Below, piece by piece: positions 12,530 through 24,490 of a DNA stretch of 64,000 nucleotides. Source of the DNA: Octopus vulgaris. Lineage: Eukaryota. Under the pieces are notes generated by a model that was given only the letters and a program-made list of their open reading frames with translations, was not told the origin of the DNA and did no database searches. Within the stretch, counting starts at the first letter, position 1; each line of letters begins with the position of its first letter. The DNA is taken from contig OX597818.1 of the NCBI GenBank assembly GCA_951406725.2, positions 34,968,001-35,032,000 of the forward strand, in the 5' to 3' direction. A program made the translations under genes and the position numbers.

Positions 12530-13005
12530 ATAGGGGGCTGATTAAATTCACTTTTATTTTGACAGTTTGCCCAGTAGGAGAAGAAGACATTATATCCTAG
12601 ATATTAACTAGATTATGGCTGGTAGATAACAGTTTACTAAAGGGAGTCACTCTCAGCTTCCCGCATGGCCACGAAACAGCTCTGGAACCTGGCACATATG
12701 TTCCTCACTATGTCACTGGGAAGGTTTTTGAACATCTCCTTGGTTCTGACCACCAGCTCAGCCTTGGTGTTTCAGGATTGCAAATAATGAAATTAAGGGG
12801 CTAGAAATTGGGGCTGGTGAAGTCAAAGAAATTCTCTGACAACCATTTCTGACTCTTTCTGGAGATATAGCAAAGAGCCAATCCTACTGCCACACATAAG
12901 GCCTTCCAGCAGCAGCAACCCTCACTAGCCAGAGTTTGACCATGATCTCCAGCAGTTTCACATAGCTGTCTGAATTGAGCCTAAAGCTCTGTCCCATGCT
13001 GTTGG
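12530..13005 (-). mobile_element. Decayed Tc1/mariner-superfamily transposase 3' region (maT/rosa-like)
   Basis: Minus strand reads AGRPYVWQ*D and KSQKWLSENFFDFTSPNF*PLN, resembling the YxFQQDxAP and WPPNSPD motifs; several stops and frameshifts. Confidence 0.65.
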
Positions 13006-13029
13006 ATGAATTTCAGTATATGCCTTACA

Positions 13030-13424
<395 letters not shown>

Positions 13425-13756
13425 ATACAGTCATAATGCCTGTTGTATACTTTCTTGCTAGTCAAAGCTTCATAATCTTCAGTACAGCTGTCCATGTCAT
13501 ATGTTACAACCTTTACAGTGTTCACAAAGCATTGAGCAACAGTCATGATGTTGGCATTTTGATATCCAGTGCAAATCATCATGACATAGGTAATCTTTTC
13601 CAATATTTAGACAGCTTCCAATCCTCCATGTCAGCTAACTTTTTCTCAACTACAACTTTAATCATTATGCTCTTCAGTGCCATTAAATTTTCACTGATAC
13701 ATCAAGCTGTTTCTCCAAAAATGAGATATAAAACATCATCAAATTTAGTTTGAACA

Positions 13757-14112
13757 CCATCATCATCATCATCACCATCACCATCACTATCACCATCAAA
13801 ACCACCACCACCACCACCACCATCATCATCGTCATCATCGTCATCATCGTCATCACCATCATCACCGTCATCACCATCATCACCGTCATCGCCATCACCA
13901 CCATCACCACTGCCACCACCGCCACCACTGCCACCACTGCCACCACTGCCACCACCACCAACACCAACACCACCATCATCATCACCATCATTTAACATCC
14001 GCTTTCCATGCTAGAATGGGTTGGACGATTTGACTGAGGACTGGTGAACCAGATGGCTGCACCAGGCTCCAATCTTGATTTGGCAGAGTTTCTACAGCTG
14101 GATGCCCTTCCT
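13757..14112 (-). mobile_element. RTE 3' end (family B) with compound CAT/CAC tail
   Basis: Consensus match 13992-14112; trinucleotide tract 13757-13990. Confidence 0.8.
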
Positions 14113-14247
14113 AGTTTGTTAAAATCATTAAAGGATGTTGGATTTGTAGAATCAATTGAGGTGACACAAAAAGGGGATGCAGAAAAATGGAAGACACAAA
14201 GAGAGGGAGGGAGAGAGAGAGAAGGCAGAAAAAAGAAAAAAATCAAA

Positions 14248-14418
14248 GGCGCAGGAGTGGCTGTGTGGTAAGTAGCTTGCTTACCAACCACATGGTTCCG
14301 GGTTCAGTCCCATTGCGTGGCATCTTGGGCAAGTGTCTTCTGCTATAGCCTCGGGCCAACCAATGCCTTGTGAGTGGATTTGGTAGACGGAAACTGAAAG
14401 AAGCCTGTCGTATATATG

Positions 14419-14449
<31 letters not shown>

Positions 14450-14672
14450 TTGTGTGTCTGTGTTTGTCCCACTAGCATTGCTTGACAACCAATGCTGGTG
14501 TGTTTACGTCCTCCATCACTCAGCGGTTCGGCAAAAAGAGACCGATAGAATAAGTACTGCGCTTACAAAAAGAATAAGTCCCGGGGTCGAGTTGCTCGAC
14601 TAAAGGCGGTGCTCCAGCATGGCCACAGTCAAATGACTGAAACAAGTAAAAGAGTAAAAGAGTAAAAGAGTA
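14248..14672 (+). mobile_element. SINE family A, full length
   Basis: Head, central microsatellite, (AAGAGTA)n tail. Confidence 0.9.
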
Positions 14673-15349
14673 AAGGAAAAGAGAGAAGAATAAAGAAAGT
14701 AATAGATAGAAGGAAGAAGGAAATATGCATTGCATCGAGATACAAATAGGGTAGACAGGAAGGAAAATTTGAATAACAATAGAAAAAAGGTAAAACAAAA
14801 ACAATATACACACACATACACACACACACGCATGCACACACACATACATACACACACAATCCCCTCCTACCCACAAGAGAAAGTCAATCAAAAACTGGGA
14901 CTTTACAGTCCAGCATTTAATCAGTTGTTATCCAAAGAAGTTTACTGATAAACCTACTAAGTATCATTCAGTAATTGAAACAGTGTATTGTTAAATTTCA
15001 ATCCTTAGAATTTTAACATTGTGATCAAAGTTTATTATTAGTGATTATACAGCTGAAAACAAAGGTAGTATCCTACAATAGAATTGTTTTGTGACTATTG
15101 GGTGATTATTTTTAGTATTCTTTCTGACACATCTGCACCAAACACTTATCAGATTGTGTTTCTAGTTTTTGTTTAAAATAATTCTCAGATTATATGAACC
15201 CAAGGGAGAAGATACAGTTCTAATAATTGGGGTATCTTAATTTCAACTTAATTATATCTCATCAGCTTTGGTTCAACCAGACGGTTTATATATTAAATGA
15301 TAAGGCTGGTAATAATATTTTTAATGTAGTAACGCCCCAAATTTTAGTT

Positions 15350-15680
15350 CATCATCATCATCATCATCATCATTGTTTAACGTCCGTTGGGTTGGATGGT
15401 TCAACCGGGTTCTGGGAAGCCAGGAGGTTGCACCAGGCTCCAGTCTGATCTGGCAGTGTTTCTACAGCTGGATGCCCTTCTTAATGCTAACTATTCCGTG
15501 AGTGTAGTGGGTGCTTTTTACGTGCCACCGGCACAGGTGTCAGGCAATGCTGGCAACGACCACGATTCAGTTGGTGCTTCTTATGTGCTACTGGCACAGA
15601 AGCCAGTCAAGGTGGCACTGGCATCGGCCACGTTCAAATGGTGCCCCTTTCAAGCCACCAGCACAGGTATCACAACTACA
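15350..15680 (-). mobile_element. RTE 3' end (family B)
   Basis: (CAT)n plus consensus. Confidence 0.8.
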
Positions 15681-15841
15681 ATTTAAAAATATGGAATGCT
15701 TCATGAATTTGTATGTCATCTCATTAAAATTAAATAAAAATAGACTGTAAACAATGCTTTGAGAATAAGTCTATAATGGATGGCAAGGTTTATGATATTG
15801 GGAGAATATTGTCTTCCTCCATAATCTCTTTTTGTTCTTTG

Positions 15842-16254
15842 TGTAGTTCAGGCTCCGGCAGGCGAAGAGAGAAGATTTCAAGCACAAATGCAATTTACAA
15901 CAGGTTTATTTACAGGTTCACAGGATAAGTGAAGTGTTCTGCTCTCAGCAACCATCATAAGCTGTGTGTGTTGTGCAGTAGCTCCGTTAGTGCAGGCACA
16001 TTGCCTTTGGAGGTACAACATACAGACAGGCCCAGCCAATGGAGTGCAATCAGCAAGCGCTGCTGCTAAGAGGCGGAAAGAAAAAGACCGAATCTCTTTC
16101 TGTTTTGCCCTTATATACAGTTTGCCATCGCGAGCCTCGTTGTGATCTCGCGCACGGCAAATGGATGCAAGTGAGGTCTCGCTCCAGTCTTGGAGATAAC
16201 AATGGCTGCTGTGAGATCTCATCCAATATGGTGCTGACTGCTTTTGCTGCTACA
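15842..16254 (-). mobile_element. Probable solo LTR (413 bp)
   Basis: TGTAG...CTACA inverted termini; minus-strand TATATAA (16111-16117) upstream of AATAAA (15905-15910); GC-richer than flanks; no TSD visible. Confidence 0.65.
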
Positions 16255-16879
16255 AGTCTGATCTTGGCAATATGGTAACAACTTCAAAGGACATGCTTTA
16301 ACTTTATTTCATCTCCTCAGCTAAGTATAACATATAACAATATTGTCAATATTTAGTGTAAGTCATTTGATAGCTTAGTTTTTTATATAATAGTGGGCAG
16401 TTTGAAACTCATATGTTTTGGCCACAATGCCAGTAATAGGATATAAGCTGTTGGTCTCTGAGCTAGTATCATATAGAATCAGGTAATCACATTCTCTCTT
16501 TGGAAATAGTTGGATAGTAAAGTCATTGGGTGATGAATGCAGAAGTAAGGACTATACAAATATAAATGTGTAATATAATTTGAGGGTTCATACAAACATA
16601 GCATAATTATATGCTGAAAAATTGACTTTGTTGAGGTAGTATTAAGTAAGAGTTGGAAAGATGTACTGGAGACAGACATGAAAAATTTGTTCCTCTCAGA
16701 GGAAATGAAACACCAAAATAGCTGAGGACTGTATAAGCCACATATAGAAAGAAAAGTGAAAGTCATGGAAACCAAACCCAGAATCAAGAGGCCGCAAGGT
16801 AAACATAGCAAAGACAAAAGTTTTAGTGAGTGAGAAAGAAAACAGAACCCTGATGACTATGCCTGATATACAGAAAACA

Positions 16880-17640
16880 AGTTGGTATAAACTCCAAACA
16901 CTGTACCCAAGCTATGGACACACAAGTAATGTAGTGGAATCATAAACAGATTAACAGAGAAGGAAATTTTCATATGAGATAGATGCATTGTAGCAGTAAA
17001 TACTATAAGCCCACTGGAAATAGACTTGAAATAGACTTGAATGTGTGGATGGCTCATAACATTTTATACTTAGGCGGTGTAATTAGTAAAGGAAATGGTT
17101 TCTCTGAAAGTACAGTAGTCTAAGTGAGAATGACTTGAAGGAAGTTCAGGGAGTTACTATTGCTGTTGGTAACAAGTGTCTTTCTCCACAGAGTGAAGGG
17201 CAGATTGTATTATGCTTGTGTTAGAACTGCAATGCTGCATGCTAATGGGACATGAGCTGTAAACCCATAGAACTTGAGGAGATGGAAAAGAAATAGGGTG
17301 AGCATACCCTATGGATATGCAATGTATGTGTACATGGACAACATAGTAAAAATGTGCTGAGGGAAAACTGGACAATGAATTAGATGTAGTATGTAAGAAA
17401 GAAGACTGTGCTGGTATGGACATGTGATGGGTATGGGTGAGGATATCTGTATAAAGAAGTGCCAATCACTTTATGTGGATGGAGCTAGTGAAAGAAGGAG
17501 ACCCAAGAAGATATGGGATGAAGTGGTGAAGGCATTTCTCAGGACCCTGAGCCTCAAAGAGGAGATGAAAAGGGACCAAGAAGGGACCAAGATGAGGACC
17601 ACTATGGTTCTCAGGAAGACCCTCTCACCATGGTGAAACT
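16880..17640 (+). mobile_element. RTE LINE C-terminal relic
   Basis: YLGGVIS, RRLCWYGHVMGM, ERRRPKKIWDEVVK; many stops and frameshifts. Confidence 0.8.
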
Positions 17641-17764
17641 GAGCTCTTGAAGTGATGTATGTGTGTGTGTGTGTGTGTGTGTAGCAACAGCAGTCTGAGC
17701 ATGTTACCTTTCTCCTTCCGTCCTTATTCTCCCATCACCCTACACACATCTTTTATGTGTCCAA

Positions 17765-18106
17765 AGCTTACACTGGGTGCATCTTATAGAGTTTCTACCT
17801 ACACATTTTCTACAGATTGAGCAGGGCCATCAACCTGAAGGGATTTATGATTTGTCTGCCTTCCTACTTAAAATGACTTTGGTTTTTGCTAGGTTAATGC
17901 TAAGGCCCTTTGATTCTAGACCATGCTTCTGTACTTCGAACTTCTCCCGTTCAGGTAGTGATTCAGCTATAAGAGCAAGGTCACCAGCATAGAGGAGCTC
18001 CCAGGGGCTGCCTGTCTTGAATTCCTCTTTTATTGCCTGGAGGACTATAATGAACAAGATGGGGCTGAGCATCAATCCTTGGTGGCCCCTGAATTCTTCA
18101 CTGTAC
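17765..18106 (-). pseudogene. RTE RT fragment (downstream part of split copy)
   Basis: HQGLMLSPILFIIVLQA...WELLYAGDLALIAES...GLSINLAKTKV. Confidence 0.88.
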
Positions 18107-19278
18107 TTGGATATCCGCCACAAGTGTGTGTGTCCGTGTGTTATACATGCGGCCAATGTGGCTGTTGACGGCTAATGAGTTTGTCCAATGGGGACGTGGT
18201 TGTGGGGTCATTACTGCCACTCAGCCAAATCCGCCCTCCACCATGCTGCTGTGCAGCACCTGCACTTTGCCGATAGCTCTGTACCTCGTGTCTGGCAGTG
18301 CGATCGAGAGGCCATTGTCTTGGCGGCGATATCAATTGTGAGTGTGTGTGTCCATGTGTTACGCATGCGGCCACATGATCATTACCACTGCTTGGTCGAA
18401 TGCGCACTCTGCAGCCATGCCATGCACTGCATACATTTCGCTGATAGCTCTGCGCTCTCGTGCTCACAATCGTTAGTAATGCACAAAAGCGCATGGTCTC
18501 GCGCGCATCAACATGGACGCCACCGTGACCGATGCTGGCAGCGTGGCTGCTGTCGCTGGGAGGTCCGCGTGATCCAAGTGGTCGATATCGGGATGTGGTC
18601 CGTCCTGTAAATTTACAGGTTGGGCCATGTGGAACAGCCACGCTCTAGATGACTGTCGCACCCTGAGGGGTCCCGACTACATTAAGGGGTACAAGCCAGC
18701 AGGTCGATGTCTCCGGCTTCGACTGCACTGCGGCACCAACGACTGCCAATGCTGCCCGGAGCCCTGTGATGGCCACAGCCTTCATGCGACCTGCACCGGG
18801 CTACCTTCCTTTGTGTACACGCTGTGGCTGCTGCCGCATGATGACTGTCGCAGCGGTGTCCTGTGCTCCCGTTGCAGTACCATGTCTGACTCGGCTGCTG
18901 GTGGCTCAGCCACTGACCGCGACTGTGACCATGTGGTTATCACTGCTGCTTGTCCGATTGTGCTTTCCACCTCTCCACCATGCTGCCATGCATTGTTTGC
19001 ATTTCGCCAAGAGCTCCGCGCTCTTTTGCTCACGATCATCGGTAACGCACAAAAGCTCACGGTCTCGTGCATGTCAACATGGATGCCACAGCGACCGATG
19101 CCGGCAGCTTGGAGGCTGTCGCTGGGAGGACCACATGATCCACATGGTCGATATCATGACGTGGTCTGTCCCATAAATTTACGGGTAGGGCCACGCAGAA
19201 CAGCCACGCTCTAGGTGACCATCGCATCCCAAGGGGGTCCAGAGTACTATGTAAGGTTGTCCAGACTACTATGTAGGG
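18107..19278. mobile_element. Unclassified GC-rich, internally repeated insertion with 13-bp TSD
   Basis: TTCTTCACTGTAC at 18094-18106 and 19279-19291; interrupts RTE RT; internal repeats about 18370-18690 and 18930-19256. Confidence 0.85.
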
Positions 19279-19405
19279 TTCTTCACTGTACCCGTTGTCC
19301 ACCCTCAACTTACTGGTAGCTTTCCTGTACAACCACTCTTCTATCTTTAGTTTCCACATTGTCCTCCAGATAAGGGATCGGGGGACTCTGTCAAAAACTT
19401 TAAAA
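19279..19405 (-). pseudogene. RTE RT fragment (upstream part of split copy)
   Basis: KVFDRVPRSLIWRTMWKLKIEEW...SKLRVDNGYSEE. Confidence 0.85.
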
Positions 19406-19527
19406 GTGTTCATTACATTGCTCATGTTTGTATTTATTGTAGGATTGGTGGTTTTTGAAGCTTTCGCTTTCATCTTTGGCAAGCGGTAATTTTACCCTTC
19501 TTTTATTCAAATATATATATATATGTT

Positions 19528-19797
19528 ATAGTTATCGCCATACTAATATGGCATTCTTATAAAAATAAGAATAAAGCTGACCGCTTATTAGCTCCATGAG
19601 GCCATCGCCTTAAGTTAGCTATTTGATACACAAACTGTATCAAATAGCTAACTTAAGGCGATGGCCTCATGGAGCTAATAAGCGGACAGCTTTATTCTTA
19701 TTTTTATAAGAATGCCATATTAGTATGGCGATAACTATTATTTTCCGGGAACGCTGCCGTGTTCTCTTTTAGAGAGACTTAGTAATTTTAATATTTC
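19528..19797. repeat. Near-perfect 103-bp inverted repeat plus unique tail, in (TA)n
   Basis: Arms 19528-19630 and 19636-19738, loop CAAAC, one mismatch; homologous to 35906-36239. Confidence 0.9.
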
Positions 19798-19905
19798 TAT
19801 TATATATATATGTATGTGTGTATATATATATATATACATATATATAAGGGCAGGCATGGCTGTGTGGTAAGAAACTTGCTTCCCAATATATATATATATA
19901 TGTTG

Positions 19906-20293
19906 ATTCTTTTATTCTTTTACACATTTCAGTCATTTGACTATGGCCATACTGGAGCACCAACTTAAAGGGGTTTTTAGTTGAAGAAATCAACACCAGG
20001 GCTTATTCTTTGTAAGCCTAGTACTTATTCTATCGGTCTCTTTTGCCAAACCACTAGGTTACATGGACACAAACACACTACCATCAGTTGTCAAGTATTG
20101 GTAGGAGACAAACACACACACACACACATGATGGGCTTCTTTTAGCTTCTGCCTCACAAATCCACTCACAAGGCTTTGATCAGCCTGAAGCTACAGTAGA
20201 AGACACATGCCCAAGGTGCCACACAGTGATAACTGAACGTGGAGCCATGTAGTTCGGAAGCAAGCTTCTTACCACACAGCCATACCTGCACCT
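19906..20293 (-). mobile_element. SINE family A
   Basis: Consensus match. Confidence 0.85.
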
Positions 20294-20430
20294 ATATACA
20301 TATATATATATATATAAAATTAATTAAGGGTAGAAATTGATATTTATCAATTAAGACCAGTGGTCTAGCATATTAAAAAAGAATCCGAAGATTAAAATAT
20401 TTATATATACCAATTAAGGACTGAACACGA

Positions 20431-20595
20431 AAAGTGGACAGTCAACATGCTAGATATAGACGTCAAATCGTCATTCACCACAAAAGATTATGTTCTCAGA
20501 TCAAACTCAACACTTTTGTGTTGAGTTTGATCTGAGAACATAATCTTTTGTGGTGAATGACGATTTGACGTCTATATCTAGCATGTTGACTGTCC

Positions 20596-20600
<5 letters not shown>
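20431..20600. repeat. Perfect 83-bp inverted repeat with TTTT loop
   Basis: Arms 20431-20513 and 20518-20600 are exact reverse complements. Confidence 0.95.
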
Positions 20601-20634
<34 letters not shown>

Positions 20635-20635
20635 T

Positions 20636-21411
20636 GATAAGAAATGGAGCAATAATAACACTTAGAAGTAGATCTTTGGTGTTTTAAAGTTATTTAATAA
20701 CAAGGAAAGTATGTTTACAGCTGTTTCAGTATATCAAGCTCCAACTGATATATGGAATTATGGACCTTACTAAAATGTAAGACTATTGAATTAACAAACA
20801 TTTTACTTCTTTTTTTTTCCTTTCCTTTCCTTACATTCTTCTTATTTACTTCTATTTATCTTTGACATATAATTGTTCTGATGATGTCTATCAATTGCAA
20901 CAAGGTAAATGAAAATTTACCCCAGCTATATATACTGAAACAGCTGTAAAATATTATCATCATTATTAAATGACTTTACGAGGGGCGTTCAATAAGTAAT
21001 GCCTCTGACCCACTTGCAGTTGTTTGATCTAGCTGAAAGTTTGCATGTGCAATTATTTATATCTCTATAGATTAAGTGGCAAATTACAGCTCTGAACTAA
21101 TTGTGGTTTCTGATTTACAGGTGTTTGAACTGAGTCAAGTGTGAAACGGAGCTTGTTGAGTGTCGAGCAGTGATGCGGTTTTTGTATTTGAAAGGACGCA
21201 CACCACGGGAAACTTTTGATGAAATAAAAGTAACTTATTGTGATGATGCCCTATCATATGACCTTGTAAAACGCTGGCATCGTGAATTCAAACATGGTCG
21301 GAACTTTGTGGAAACAGCTTCCAGATCTGGTCGCCCCTTTCTGTCATTGATGAGGCATCTGTCCGTACCAATGATCTACTTCTAACTGTTATTATTGCTC
21401 CATTTCTTATC
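20636..21411. mobile_element. Fold-back element with hammerhead-like motif, interrupted by mariner
   Basis: Left arm 20636-20733 pairs with 20930-20977 plus 21367-21411; CTGATGA 20878-20884 and GAAACAGCTGTA 20937-20948. Confidence 0.7.
20979..21366 (+). mobile_element. Mariner 5' fragment (irritans-like)
   Basis: TA|CGAGGGGCGTTCAATAAGTAATGCC TIR; ORF 21170 FLYLKGRTPRETFDEIK...VKRWHREFKHGR...RSGRP is the N-terminal HTH. Confidence 0.88.
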
Positions 21412-21539
21412 GTTTTTATATATATATTCAACCACAGTTTTACCTTTTAAATTACCTACTGCCGTATACCTTATAACAAAGACCATACATACTGAGGTAA
21501 TACCAGGAGTGCCTTTGGATACACCTGTTCCTTAGGCAG

Positions 21540-21688
21540 TTAGTGGTTGGCGTTTAGGAAGGGCATCCAGCTGTAGAAACACTGCCAGATCAGACTGGAG
21601 CCTGGTGCAGCCTCCTGGCTTACTAGACCCCAGTCAAACCGTCCAACCCATGCTAGCATGGAAAACAGACGTTAAACGATGATGATGA
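21540..21688 (+). mobile_element. RTE 3' end (family B)
   Basis: Consensus plus GAT tail. Confidence 0.8.
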
Positions 21689-21700
21689 TATATATATACA

Positions 21701-21830
21701 TGAGGAGTGGCTGCGGGGCAAGTAGCTTGCTTACGAGCCACATGGTTCCAGTTCAGTCCCACTGCATGACACCTTGGGCAAGTGATCAAATCCTTGTGAG
21801 TGGATTTGGTAGATGGAAACTAAAAGAAGC

Positions 21831-21877
<47 letters not shown>

Positions 21878-22083
21878 ATACGTTTGTGTGTCTGTGTTTG
21901 TCCGCTCAACATTGCTTGATAACCGATGCTAATGTATTACGTCCCCGTAACTTAGCGGTTCGGCAAAATAGAATAACTACTAGGCTTACAAAGAATAAGC
22001 CCTGGGGCCGATTTGCTCGACTAAAGGTCGTGCTCCAGCATGGCCACAGTCAAATGACTGAAACAGGTAGAGAGTAAAAGAGT
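21701..22083 (+). mobile_element. SINE family A
   Basis: Consensus match. Confidence 0.85.
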
Positions 22084-22497
22084 ATATATGTATACATATA
22101 TATATACATATACATATGTGTATATATATATATATATTTATATTTATATAATGGTAACATATATTTGCCAATTAAGTGTGACATCCTATACAGGACAGTG
22201 CTACTGATGTTTATAGCCCCAGGAAGACATCTCCTCCAGCAGGCTAATGACACATATTCTGTGTCCTATTAGTATTTGCGAGGGGAAGTCATTGCTCCCA
22301 TTTCTAGCCTTATGTGATACACACAGACTCTAGTTTCAGTGTGTTTTATATGTATATATATATATATATATATCATCATCATCATCATCATCATCATTTA
22401 GCGTCCGTTTTCCATGCTAGCATGGTTGGACGTTCTGCTGGGGTCTGTGGCAGAAGGCTTCATCAGGCCCAGTCAAATCTGGCAGTGTTTGACTGGG

Positions 22498-22588
<91 letters not shown>

Positions 22589-23261
22589 ATGTGTGTGTGT
22601 GTATCTGTGTGTGTGTGCCTATGTCTGTGTATGTATGTATGTGTGTGTGCCCGTGCACGCGCGCATTTGTGTATAGGACCATATAGTTTTGCTATATTTA
22701 CCTATTGTCTTTTTTGCTAAGTACAATATTGCTATAGATTTTCCTTTGTCTGGCTAATCTGCGTTATAGTTAAACTAGTTAATACAGCAAAAGACAATGT
22801 AAACCTAATACAAAATCAGCTGAAATGATCAAAGTTTGCTGATTCTTATCAGTCCATGACATCGACATAATTGTTGGAAGTTGCTCTTTCTCTACGCAGA
22901 TAATCAAAGCTATGATAGCCTGAATTAAGTTTTGATAGAACTATAAGATAAACACAGAATTTGTTTTCTCTTTCACTCTATTTGTTTTTTTTTTTAAATA
23001 TATTTTATTTTATTAGACTTTTGGTGTATTAATACTCAACATTTCCCCACATGTACAATAATACACATGTACACAAAAAAAAATATATAACCTATTTTGT
23101 GTCCAAAACAATAACACAATTTTAACAAACAACAGGAAAACAATAGTAATTAATGAAATGAAATGAAATTAAAGGCAGCATGACTAATAAATTATAAAAT
23201 TAAAAAAAATAACGAGGGTAATAACAAATGATTATCTTAAGCAGAGTATTATTAATTATGA

Positions 23262-23494
23262 GGGCAACAAGCTGGAAGAATCGTTAGCACGCCGGGCGAA
23301 ATGCTTAGCAGTATTTCGTCTGCCGTTACGGTCTTAGTTCAAATTCCACCGAGGTCGACTTTGCCTTTCATCCTTTGGGGGTCGATAAATTAAGTACCAG
23401 TTCACACTGGGGGGATGTTATAATTGACTTAATCCGTTTGTCTGTCCTCGTTTGTCCATTCTATGTTTAGCCCCTTGTGGGCAATAAAGAAATA
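23262..23494 (+). mobile_element. SINE family C with TSD
   Basis: Consensus match; flanked by TATTATTAATTA direct repeats. Confidence 0.85.
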
Positions 23495-23754
23495 AGAATA
23501 TTATTAATTAATTTGATGCTCTTGTTTGTATGTTTTTCTTCTTTTTATAACAAGCTAGAATAAAAATCTTAAATGCAAAAATTCAGTATTAAAATTGACT
23601 TTTGAGTATTTAAGGTCATTATGACATTTTTAAATAAGTTTATTTCTTAGCTTGCTACTGTCAAGAGGCATCTTCCTGCCTTTGTGCTAAAGTAGTTGAA
23701 GATAAAGGTCTTTCCTGAGTACAAACCCTGAATTTTGTTTATATTCCTTCATTG

Positions 23755-24236
23755 GACACTAAACTCTGCTTGCGAAGACCTGTTGAGGCAAGTGAAATCA
23801 AAATAAATTTGATGACTGGCATCCGTGCTAGTGGAGCACTAAGAGCACCATCCGAGTGCGATCATTGCCAGAGTACCAAACTGGCTTCCGTGCCGGTGGC
23901 ACGTAAAAAGCACCATTCGAGTGTGATCGTTGCCAGCATCGCCTTACTGGCACTTGTACTGGTGGCATGTGAAAAAACATTCGAGCGAGGTTGTTGCCAG
24001 TGCCGCTGGACTGGCTCCTATGCAGGTGGCACATAAAAAAACACCATTTGAGCATAGCACGTAAAAGCACCCACTACACTCTCGGAGTGGTTGGTGTTAG
24101 GAAGGGCATCCAGCTGTAGAAACTCTGCCAGATCAGATTGGAGCCTGGTGCAGCCATCTGGTTTGCCAGTCCTCAGTCAAATCGTCCAACCCATGCTAGC
24201 ATGGAAAGCAGACGTTAACCGATGATGATGATGATG
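23755..24236 (+). mobile_element. RTE 3' end (family B) with internal repeat units
   Basis: 4-5 GTGGCAC(G/A)TAAAAAGCACC-type units then consensus and GAT tail. Confidence 0.85.
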
Positions 24237-24299
24237 TTGATTTCTTATCAATGTATTGCTAACCTCATAGACAACATGTTATTCCTTTTATCTTCACAA

Positions 24300-24490
24300 A
24301 AGAGCAGACTGTAGGAGACAGGTGTAAACAGATCGATAAGTGAATGGTAAAGAGACAGAAGCATTAAATGGGGAAGATCTGCAGAGATTAGAAAGAAATG
24401 AGTTGGTTATGATGTGTTGAGTGTCCAAAGTTAATTTACAAGAAAGACTGAGGTCAAATGATCTTAAAAAGTGGCTGGACATTAAAATTA
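24300..24490 (+). mobile_element. RTE post-RT coding fragment
   Basis: ETEALNGEDLQRLERNELVMMC*VSKVNLQERLRSNDLKKWLDI. Confidence 0.65.

Noticed and set aside
13430-13680. Possible R4-type zinc-knuckle region relic (…SKKVYNRHYDCI) on the minus strand
   Set aside because: Similarity too weak to call by eye
14248-14320. tRNA genes at SINE heads
   Set aside because: A/B boxes present but no complete cloverleaf, and they continue into SINE bodies
18126-19214. Overlapping 100-195 aa ORFs in the GC-rich insert
   Set aside because: Expected from high GC; frames are not maintained between internal repeats; no recognisable domains
23820-24070. CRISPR-like repeat/spacer look of GTGGCACGTAAAAAGCACC units
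   Set aside because: Spacers are mutually homologous, units are degenerate, they lie inside a eukaryotic LINE 3' UTR, and no cas genes are present
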